DNA of 64,000 nucleotides from NCBI GenBank assembly GCA_035510735.1, contig DATKGN010000008.1, positions 76,466-140,465 of the forward strand. Direction: 5' to 3'. Numbering within the stretch: the stretch's first letter is position 1; each line of letters starts with the position of its first letter. The translations under genes and the position numbers were made by a program. The notes below the pieces were generated by a model. That model saw nothing but the letters and a program-made list of their open reading frames with translations. It did not search any database and had not been told where the DNA came from. The stretch is from Patescibacteria group bacterium (GTDB lineage: Bacteria > Patescibacteriota > Microgenomatia > UBA10105 > UBA927). Positions 51,901-63,900 of this stretch are shown piece after piece.

Positions 51901-54900
51901 TTTTAACTTCTGCTGGCAAGCTCGTATTCTTTTCCAGGGCATTAATGGCAAGCTGAGTCTGGGAAAGCGCCTGGGGAATTTGGTTAATATTCGTGGACCC
52001 GATCACACGCACAAATATCGGCAGCCGGGCAAGGAAATCCGGAAAATTGCCGCTTGCTTTGGCCAATGTATTTATCGCTTGTTGGATACTTTTGAGTTCT
52101 GCAGGCGTGGCTCGCGCGAGATCATTTAGTGATGCAATTGGTATCGTACCGGATAGTAATGCATCAATAAACATCTGCTCAACTTGAGGGTTCCCTTTCC
52201 ATCCTGCAGGCAATCGGGCGAATAATTTACTGGCAACTGTTCTTGCTGTTTGTTCTTCCAACATAGTAACGATGGATTGAAGTTTCGTAAAGCTATATGT
52301 TCCCGTAATAGCATCAACACTACCCAGAGCAATTGCACGCTTCGCTAATGTAACGATTGCTTGTTGTTTTTCATCGATAGCCTTACGCAAAATAGGATCT
52401 ACCGCTGGAACACTCATCGTCGTACCGTCAAAAAGCGTATACATCTGCTCTGGCGCAGCATTCCTTTGCAAGGAATCTAAATTATTCTGGCTTTCGCCGG
52501 TCCGAAAATTCAATCCATCGGCAAGATTGAGCACTGCTGCATTCTTCAGGCTCCACATCCCCATACCGCCAAAATGATAGGTATCCTTTGCCACCGTCTC
52601 AATCGCGCTGATTACCTTGGTACCGATACCCTGATTTGTCTGTTTAGCGACAATCATCGCCAACACCGGTATCGTCTGTTCCCCTGATGTGCCGAGTAAG
52701 TTATTCCGGGTTTCCGTTAATACTGGCGGTAAATTATCCGATCCGACTAAAAATTGATTAGGATTAATAAATGTCAACCCCAACATATCCAATTCGTTAC
52801 TCTTTAGAATATGGATTGCCATCGTATAGGCGTTACCTGTTTTTTGGTATGTAGTTTCCAATTCAGTAGCAGGAATGCGTTCCAGTGCAGATTCTTGATT
52901 TTCATAGAGGATGCCTACATCAGTCATCAATCCCTGCTGATGTAGCTCACGGGTAAGATCCGACGCGAACCTGGTCATCAAGACTAATTCGTGAAAATCG
53001 GTACTCCTTCTCACCGGGTCGATATAGCGATAGTTTTCCAAATAGTCGTCAACCGAAACGCCGTCATCCTTAAGCGCGTTAAGCATATCCAGTGTCGCAG
53101 GCCTGTTGGCTTTTTTGAGCTTATCCAAATCCGCCTGTGCCGTTGCAGCGATATAATGCTGCCAAACATTTTGCCCGTTCTCTCCGACTTTACCCATAAA
53201 ACGGACAACGATCGGTTCATTTGATCCCAAATGTAATCTGACAAAATCACCCGGCTGTATTTGCTCAGAAATATTCTTATCCAAATCTGAACTTATTGGA
53301 ACCTGCTTGTAACTTCCAAACGCAATGCCGGTTTCATCTGCCTTATGAGTACTGACATCAATAATCCCGTTAACGTCCTCACTTCTCCAGGCGGTAAGAA
53401 GCGGATTAAGTGCCGTTCGTTCGGCAGCCACATACGGCACAGCATTGACTGTTGCGGTTCTCCAGGATTGCGGGAGTTCTACTTCGGAGGGCACATAGCG
53501 CTGCCAGGTATTCGTCCCGTCCGATAACGTTCCTGCAAAGAGGAAATAATACGTCAATTCGGACTCGGCAACTGGACGAATGCTTACGACTCCCCCGTTT
53601 TTCTCATCCTGATACTTTTCGATCAATGCGTTTTCCCAATCACGAAGATTTGATGAAGAAATAACAGGATAATCCGTTGTATCATCTGCGCCAAACCCGC
53701 CATCCGTTCCAAGTGAATAATGGCTCTGTCGAACTGCGATTGGTCCTGATTTCACGACGTCGGCAAGCAAGCTGGATAAGCTACCCCGAGTTAGTTTGTT
53801 TTTGGTAGCAGTACTTTTGGCGTAGGTCGTATTGTTGATAGTGATAATCGGAGGTGTAGTCAGCGTATCATTAAGAATTGTTGTGTTGATGAGGGTGATA
53901 TGCGCCTGAATGTGGTCAATAAGTTGTTGAACATTAATCGAAGCCTGGATTATCCCGGTTAAACCGGTTTGGTCGGCAAGTCCGTCCTCAATACCCCTCA
54001 GGAGTTTATCCAGATTCGTAAGTTGGCGGATGGTGATGCCATCGGCGTCGATCTTTGTATCAACGAGAGCGGCAACTTCACCAAGAAGCGACTGGAGACC
54101 CTGAACGCCTTTATCCCCGTTTCTCCAAGCCTTTACCGCTGAGCGAAAATCGCCTTCTAATAGTGGCTGAAGCGTGTCGGTGACTAATGTGTCTGCCGCC
54201 AACGCTAATCCGTCTTTCTGACCCTGTGCAAACTCGCTTTCTAATGTTTGATCGAGGAGCGCCGTGGTCCATGTGGTGTTTTCTGCACCATAGGCGCCCG
54301 TTGAAATAGACGTAAGGAGAACTCCCATAGCCGTAAGATGTTGTTCGATGACTTGAGCGCTTTGCCCGGAATCCGTCATCCTATTGAGACCGGCATACCA
54401 CACAGCATGCAGCGCGTCATCGACGATACCACTTGCGATACGTGCTCGGGCGTCCTGGATGCGCTCTTGAAGCCTTGTCGCCTGTGTTCTGAGACTTGCT
54501 AAGTCCGGATCAGTTGCGACCTGCCCTATGGCAATAGTGACATCCGCAATATTGGGAGCGCTAAACCAACCCTCGGTTATTGATCTTGGCACTGATCGGA
54601 ATATTTCCTCTGTATCAGTTTGTTTCTGTTTGACCTTGTCTAATACTGGTTTGATTATGGCTAATTGATCAGCCACTGTCACATTAATCCACCATGCTTG
54701 AATGGTTGCAGGGATGGGTTTGCCATTAAATTGAGACACATCGGCAATAGCGGTTATCCTTGACACGACAAGCCCATCAGGATCGTCAGCAGCTACAGCA
54801 TCGGTCTGAATTGAATTACGTTCCTGTACGAACGCTGTATTTAATGCCGAAAGCATGCCGATGGCATCGGTATGAAGGCCAACCAGAATATTCTGGAATA

Positions 54901-57900
54901 GCGTACTTTGATCCGGATCCGCACTATCCAGTGAGGGTCGACCCGACCAGTTGATAAGATTGGATACATCATACCGACCACCCGCTGCTTCATTAGCCAA
55001 GATTGCCCGAATAATGCTGACGCGCCTTCTCGAAACAGTAAAATACGCCTGGATGGCATCATGTTTTTGTGTATATAATTCTTTTCCTTTGGCCTGTGCA
55101 CCAGAAATGGCAAAATCTAATGCCGTAAGATCATCTGCTGTTAATGTTATGTTGTATGAGCCTAATATAGTAATAACGTTACTAGCGGTTAACGTAGTTG
55201 TGCCGGTTGTGGAAATAGCGTTCGTAATATCCTGTACTACCGATTTGACAACAGCATCGACAATTTGACCCCGAAGCGTTGTAAGCGCCGTATCAATCGT
55301 CGATTGCTTCGCCGTCGAAGGAAGCCTGCGGACGGAAAGTAACTTTGCGTTTTGTACGGACGTAACCAGCGCATCGTAGCTAGTACGGTCGGACGGTATC
55401 GCGGCTTCAACTTTTACTATGAACCCCTGCAATTGATAATTAATTTGTGTATTTTGAGCTATTTGAGCATCAACATTTTCTTGCGTATATGAACCGCTGT
55501 TGAGTAAGTCATTCCTGTTGGTGGTTAGCTGAGAAGCTAATAGCCTGCTCCGTAATGCTTGGAGACTAAAGTCTTCTCCTCTTGCGATATCTGCATCAAC
55601 GAGCTGACTCACTAAGTCCAAACGGGAAATATCAACTTTTTCCGTCTGAAGCCCGTGTACATTTGTCCACTGTTGATATTCGCTATCCGGCAATCGTGCC
55701 GCCTCCCGTGGAGGTAATAGAGTGATGGCATTAAATCGTGCTACAGCTTTATCAGCAATTACTTGTTCAGCGGGTGATTTTGGACCATTCAATTTTATTG
55801 AATTATTATATATATCTCGTTCCTGATCGGTTAATGTAGGCGGCAGTGATTCAATTGTGGCCGGAAATGGCTTAGTTTTTTTGGCCAACTGAATCGCCTC
55901 AATTTTCAATGAAATCTCAGAAATCAAACTTTGTATATCCCGCTCCAATCCGTACACCCGATAGATTGGTAGAACAGCCGATTCCAGTGCCTGTTGCAGA
56001 CGTGTTAAGGCGTTGACGCTTTGTAACGAAGCTATCCTGTCGTTAATTAACGGCAGAATATCGTTCTGTAGCTGGGTAATTAATGTCGCCCGGTCAACTG
56101 CGGTGATCGTAAATCCGTTCAATGATACATTGATCGATTTGAGCGCATTTACTACTTTTGCCAGCTGCGACTGCGTCTGTTTCACCTGCGTTTTAGCGGC
56201 TGCTCGTGCTGTTGTTTTCGGTGGTTTCACAACTGGTGTCGTCGGTTTGACGGCCTTCGTGAGACTCTGATCAATCAGGTATTGTAAAAATGCCGCCACG
56301 CGCTTCTCGACAGGGTCCCGCAATATACTGGTCGTATCAGTATATTGAAACGTCGCAGGCGGAACTTCACTGCTAAATTGGGCAATTGCAGAAGCGAGAA
56401 GATTTTTCGTTCTTGTAAGATCATTTTCTGCTATCGGCGAATTCATTGAGTTAAATGCCTGTATAAACCCGTTATAAAAATCCATAAGATCCTTCATCGT
56501 ACCGTTCTTAAGTTTTTCTATGATGATATCTGTTGTCGCGTCAGCACTATGGACGCCGTCTCCGTTAATCATGTCGGTTAATAAAGAAGTTGTATCGGAA
56601 TACCCAAGGCTTTTGGCGAACTGCTCGATACTGATGTTTATCGGCGCGAGCGTGGTCGTTAACAAGTGCTGGCCGTTAGTTACAAGCGTATTAAGACCTG
56701 TTCCGCTCGGTTCTAGGCGCAGGGTCGTCCTGATATCGCGCAGTCTTGCTCCCAATCCACCTATGATGCTTTCATCATAGAAAACCGGTGTCGTGATGCT
56801 TCCGCCCTCGGCCGTCTGTATCCACCGATCAAACAAACTCACAGGATCAGTGAATAATGGCTGAACTTTTTGAAAAACCGGATCAGCGGTAATAATCTTA
56901 AATTGCGCGCGCAGAAGATCCGCTTCCAGGTCTCCCCTACTTTTTACCGGAGCCGACGCCGCTTTTTGAAGCTGTTTGATCATTGGAGCAAGCGCTGGCG
57001 AAAAACCCGCCTGATGATATGCCTGCCGTAACGCATCTTTAATCAAGGGGAACATCACCAGGTTATTATTACCCTGCACATCCTGATAGGTCGACACCGG
57101 GATACCTGACTTCTTGCTCAGGGAGTTATAGATACTCTGTCGGAACGTATCGGCAAGCTTATTCGGTTGGATCGTATAATATTTGTTTGCAAGACTGGTG
57201 ATTTCGGATGTTACAATTCTATTCGTCATCGTAAGACCACTCATTTGCTCGTCAGCCGCCGTAGAATCTGCATCATACTGTGCACTCAAACTATCATAGA
57301 GCCATTTGCCGTACGCGTACGCGAGCTCTTCCCGTTGACTGCTTTTATCGGCGTCTTTACCCGCAATATTCATGAGTATAAACGGCTTCACAAGTCTCGT
57401 CTGCTGATCTTGTATAAATTGATCCAAATCGACTTTCACTCCACCCCATGATTCATAATTTGTCGTATTCACACGTAGCGCCTGCTGCAATATTTTTAGA
57501 TTACTCTGTATTATTTGAACTCTATCCGCATTTGAAGCGATTGTTCCGATAGCGAGATTGATGATTTCTTCATTGTTACCGGCTTTACGCGCAATCCCCA
57601 AAATACTTCGCCACAGGGCGCCGGTAACCTCCGACTGAAGAGCTTTCGAGATATTGTTAACAAGAGCCATGGAAGGCAACGAGCTTGGGCCAGAAAGGAG
57701 ATCTTCAATAAACTTGCGTATAATCTTTGCCACCGCCGGATTAATCCCCTTTGGCGTAAATGCAGCGACAACGGCTTCAACGGTGCTCGTTTGCGGCTTT
57801 GTCGGATTTAACGCGTCAAGCGCCTTTGCGAGATTCTCAAGCGGAGTCTTCAAATCTTTCGGAGCTGTATTTTTCAGATCCCGAACTTTTTGAGCAAGAT

Positions 57901-60900
57901 CGGGCGCCGTATCCTTGAGGGCTGTTGTCGTAAACACTACTGGTATGTTTGCCGTGGTCTGGTTAATTATTTTTTGCGCATACGCACTTCCGCCGACTGT
58001 TCCCGCGATAAAGCCATTAAGCGACGTCCCGGTAAAAATGGTTGCTAATGCGTCTATCGTCGTTTGATAAGACGCGAGTTGATTTGTTTGTGCCGTGGGA
58101 ACATCCGGAAGCCGGAGCGTTGAAGGCAGCTTCCGTATCGCATCCTGTTGGACGACCGGCACCGCGACCTTGGCGCCCGATTTAGGCAGTTTATTCACAA
58201 ACATCGCGATTCCCGATGTATCATCAATGGGTTTATTGCCGATTAATTGTGCCACCCTGCCGACCATTTTACTTGCAGCCATATCCGGCGTAAGACCATT
58301 ACCGCTTAAGATATTAAACACTTCAGTATTAAAGCCGGCTCCGCGCCTGGCGTATTTCCGAAAACCATCAGACAGAAGCATCACCCGGTCTCCCTCGTAC
58401 ATTTGGTACATTTCGATATTCGCTCCCCAAAATAATGTCGATCCGAGTCCATTCGGGAGATTCCCCTCCGCCTGGATAAGCGGAGAACCGTTGATTACGT
58501 CCGCACTTGCACGCCGCAGGGTATTTAACGGATATATTCGTCCCTCACGCAGAAGCATCATATCGCCGTCACCAACGCGGATGGTAATGAGACGCCCTGA
58601 CGGATGGATAAATGCCCCAGAATAGATGGTTCCCGCGTTTTTATCACCGAATTCGTTAATCATCTCGCCATTTACATCCTTCATCTGTGCCTGAAGGAAC
58701 CCGGTAACCTCAGGTAGCGGCAATTTCATTGCAGCTTTTTGAATTTGTTGCATGCGCGCCACAACATATTGCGCGCCTTCCGCTGACCGCGGCCGTTTGG
58801 ATGCACCGTCTGCATCACCAATGGAATATACACCGGGCTTTGTTGTGATCACGGCGTCCTGACCCATCGTTTTTGAAGCCTCCGGTTTATCTGTGTGATA
58901 GGCCGTTCCTTTACCCTTTCCGACTAAAACGTCTGTGACCCCTGTTACATCAGATGCATCAAACACACTCGCGACGCCATCAGCGGTGATATGCAAATAA
59001 TAGGTGCCATTAAATTCGGTAAAATCAATCTCTCCGTGATTATTAATCTGTGCTATCCATTTCGTACTCCCGATTTCGATTATCGATTTATCCTGAATGG
59101 TCGTTTGTGCTCCTATGGCCGAAACTCTTCCGTCAATAACGACGACATTATCAATATTCGGAATTATGTAGAAACCGGTTGGCGTATGCCCAAGCGTAAA
59201 CGCATTCGCCGGTATGGTCACATCTGCTATCCGGATACCTGCGTCTTTTCCTGATCCGATTGTTGTATCCCACGTATCAACCACGGGCTGCACGGGAACG
59301 ATGGTAACACTCCCATCCTCGTAAATTGCGATAAATTGTGATCCGTCAGTTTTCCAAAGATACGGCAATCCATCGGCGTCAATCCTAAATGTATACGTCA
59401 GCAAATTCGGTAGGATTATTTTATCGATTTCATGAATGAGGGCTTGATCACCAATATTCATGGCGATTCCGTTGAGTGTAACATTAACTTTCAGAGCTTT
59501 AATATAAAAAGCTCCATTTTGATCCTGAATGATATATATTGAATTATCTCCGATTAGCTGAGATGTAAAGCCGGATTGTGGAGCTGCAGCGATCTGATCC
59601 CGTGCCGCCTGGATAATGGCATCGACTACCGGTTGATTGATAAGCGGGCGGAGCTCGGTATTTGATGGACCTCTCCTCCCCCTCACGCCGGCCGGTATCG
59701 TATTAATAAGCAGGTTTCTGACAATTTCCTGTGTCACCGATAATTGTGTGTTCGGCGCTTGTAAGGATGTTACTGCCGCATCAACCGCCTGTTTATATGC
59801 CGCATCCGTGGATGCAAGAGCATTGAGGCGTGCAATGGCAGCCGTAATGGCCGCGCTCATCGTTGTCGGCGCCGTTACCCGGCCCTTAGCGCTAACGAGT
59901 TTCCCTTTAATTTGCACAAGCAGACTGGGCAACCAACGGTCACCGGTAGTTTGACGTGCGATTCTGTCAATTATTGCACTGGCTTTATCATAGTTTTGTT
60001 TTTGCGTCGTAACAGAGGCCCCGGTTGTAGTCCCATTCAATGCATCATAAAATGCATTTTTATCATCTATCGACCGGAATAACCCAGTGTACAACGTATT
60101 TGATAGTGCATCATTAACATATTCCACAATACTTTGTGCATCAAGCGTCAGCGTCGGTCCGGTCGGTCCCGCTGTATTAATTGCTTTCGTCAGCGCACGG
60201 GAGGCTTTCGCGATATCACTCCCCCGTTTGATGAGACTGGTAAACGGATGTGCATCCGTCCAGTTCGCTTTCATGTAATCGATAAGCTGTTGATACGGGG
60301 TGAGCGTTGTACTCGGGGCCGCAGCCGCAATCTGATCGTTAATCTCGACAGATAACGCGCTTAAGAATGCCCGCACTCCACTCACAACATCTGACACTTG
60401 AGCACCAAGAGTTCCGAGCGGAGAATTAATTGACGGCTTGCCCTGCAATTGAATATGTAAATCATTCCACGCACGAATTGCGGCGGCAAGATCCTGACTT
60501 TCGTTCATTACTTTATTGATCATTCTTGTCGACGTCCGCTTCTCGACTCCTAACGTGGTAAACCAATTCGTGAGATATGACTTTTCCAGAGTTGCTGTGT
60601 AGAGCGGATTTGCGACAAACGCATCCCGGAGTTGAGGGGAAATTGACTCTGTCGCGATTGTGATAAGTGCAGTCTTCGCATCCGTTAATTGCGATTTTGT
60701 GATAAGCGCGCGGCTTTTCATCGACGCCGTTAAATTATTCAGATTCTCCCACGCATTGATTTGGATAGCCACCTCATCTACCGGATGAACGCCTCCGGCG
60801 CTGATAAAGGTTCTTATGTTCTCCATCATTTGATGAGCCTCCGCAACCGGATCAGGTGGAGTATTAATAATGAGGTCATATTCAGCCTGAGCTGCCGGCC

Positions 60901-63900
60901 ACAGACTTAGAAGTTCATGGGCAATCCACGCGTCATAAACATCCTGCGCTCTTGTACCCCGCGGCACTGCGCGGTTGAGTTCTGTTGTAATCGCTGCGTC
61001 TCGGGCGGCGCTATCCCCACCCGCTACAAGGGCCTGAGCTCCCGCCTGAACCATGGAAGTTACATTCGTGATGGTCGGAAAGCTCCCTATATCCGTGACA
61101 ATATTGTTGGCCTCTGCCGTAATATACGTATCAGCGATTACCGTTGGTTCAAGAGCTTTGAGCGCCGTAAATTGCGGGACAAGTTCAAATGCGGCTTTGC
61201 GGGAAGTAACGGCCGCCGGTACCGTTTGTCCGGCAAAAAGATCAGCAATAAGTCCCGGCCTTTGGGTTGTTACGTACCCTCTGAATGCGACGCGCGCGCT
61301 ATGGATCTGTATCGCCTTTACGTTGGCAGCGGCAAGCGCACGGGCCAGTTCTGCAGCTTTCGCAGCAGCATCCGGGAACGTTAAACTATTAAGGGCGGTT
61401 TCAATTACCGTCTGAGCCTGCGCAACGTTGACGGCATTGGTAAGGTTGTTTTCATCTTTCAATAGTTCATTTGCGGCATTTGCAATATCCGCGTCGCTGG
61501 CCGCCGCGACAGGCGTAAACGCCCGGGAGATATTGAGCATTTGCCCAATCCATAACATATAGGCATCATCATCGGCATTAAAGCCGTCACCCATCAAAGG
61601 TTGAGGCAGTATATGATCATCTGCCATAAAATTCCGGTCATCAGGAGTAAGCACTGCTACTTTTTGCAATATTGCCAACACATCGGCGCGGGGCAATACC
61701 ACTCTACCGGCCCAATGATCGCTAAGCTTCGTTAAATCTTCAGGGCTTAATGATGAGAGTCTTATTTTAAGAGCCTGAAAACGAACAAATTTTTCCGTAA
61801 TACTTCTCGGGTATCCACTCAATACTCCATACCGCATATTCCCCTCCGGTAAACCGTTTTGGAACCAATCTTGCGGATGGTTTTGCATCCACAATGCAAC
61901 ATTCGTCCAATCAACCGACGGGAATAAATTGAGATTTGACGGAAGCTTCATCACACGCTCTACAGCAGCAAGATTTATAATAACGAGTATATTTGAGCTG
62001 CTGGGTGCCGGTGTTGTTACTTCAAAAGCGGACATTCCCGCTACCCGGTTTATTGCACTCATTAAGATTGTGCGGTTGGGTTGAGCCAAACCATTACTCC
62101 GTTCCGCAATGATACCGGTAAATACCAATTCCAAATTGATATCATCTTTGATTTGCTGTCGTACCGTACCCGGCAAGCCGGCTAAAAACGCTCTGTACCG
62201 GGCGTGGCCGGCGTTGGCCTCATTCTGGGTCGGGAGTGCTACCGGACCGACACCGGGAGGCACCGCAGTCGGCATAGTTGCGGCCTTCTTTTGGGCCGCA
62301 TAGGCTACCCATTTCTCGTAATACACCGGATTCTCACCGGCGGCGATACCAACAAACGCTTTGACTTGGTTCGTTAAAGTCGCAACGTCATTGGTATTTG
62401 AAAGTCTTGAATCGGGCTTCAATGCATTTTCCCACCTCTTTATTTGACCAAGACGTCCATTGATAAAGTCTTTTGCCTGTAATGTGACAATCGTATCTGA
62501 CGGCCTGTTGGCTGCATCGGGGATCGCGCTTTTTATAGCTGCCACTATCTGGGTAATTATCGGCGCAATTATTGCATCATCTGTTTGCGGTGGTGTCGCC
62601 CGAAGCCCGTCAGCTATTGCACCAACCCAATCCTTTGCTTTCCCGTCGGCAAAAGGAATCACGAGGGCGCGTACCAAAAGCAATTGATGAGCAAGTTTTC
62701 GTATTCCGGGTAAGTCTTTTGTAAACTGTGCGTCTTTATTAAAGAGCGCAATTGAGGGGTACACATACGTTTTCATGTACGTCTTAAGTTCCGTAATGGC
62801 AGCTGTCGTTTCGACGCCGTCGATATCACTTTCCGCAGCTATAATCGTGAGTAGCTTTGTGGCACCCATATATATTTTATCTTTTGTTACAGCGGCTTCT
62901 GCATTTACTGCTGCTTCCGCAAGAGCTACTGCGTGCTGTTGATATGGATCGGATTTTGAAAATTCATACCATCCTCCGGGGGTAAAGGATATTCTGATGA
63001 GATCAAAAACATTTGGCAACGCAAATGACTTTAATGCCCAAGGAAGAGTCGGCGGAAGAGGGTTTCCGAGCGTATATATAACACCGATTCCATAAAGAGC
63101 TGCCGGTATAATCCGACGGGATACATTATACCAGGCAGGGTGGGTTTTCGGCGTCGCCAATAGCAAATCCCGTAACGATTTAACTCCTTTTGGCAAAGGA
63201 TTATCAGACCACATCCACTTGACATACCATGGTAATTCGTTATATTTTTTCGTCGTCGGATTAAATCCGGGAAGTTTACGAAGTAAAGCATTGAATCCCG
63301 TGTGCGTTCCGGTCGGAGGTGGCAATGACGTCGGTTGTCCGGTCAATAAATGATTGATCCCCGGAATAAATCGGGCTAAATCATGCGCAACAAATCCTGC
63401 TAATATCCATTTTGATACCGGATCGGGCGAACTGATCAAAACGGTGTAGATTGGAGCTCTCACTCCAAAACCGCCAATCAGGGCAGCAGTTTTGCTATAT
63501 GGACCGAACGTCGTTGACGATATGTGCATTTTTAACATATCCAACATACCGTACTGGGCCACCGTACTTGCTAATATCCTCGTGAACGGGTCCCATTGCC
63601 AACCCAGCGCCTGAACGACGCCGATAACCGGATTAATTGGAGCAGTTATTGTCCCGACGAATACATGCCCAAAGACAAATCGAACCGTTTCCGCCACGCC
63701 GTATTTCGAAAATGCATATCCTAAATTCCAACCGGGTTGTCCGATACCGAACGGCGTTGCGTTGAACCACTTAAAGAATGTATTGTCACGACGACCAAGA
63801 AGTCCCGCTGTTTCCTGAGTCGGCATGAGCATTCCAAAATCATCTTCATACTGTTGTTTAGTTGGGACACTATTGATCCATTGAATAGTTTTTGTAAGTG

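Noticed and set aside
28156-63291. Dozens of 60-180 aa ORFs overlapping the giant gene, including the twin ORFs at 35615 and 37601
   Set aside because: They are antisense or off-frame shadows with no recognisable motifs. The twins merely mirror the direct repeat.
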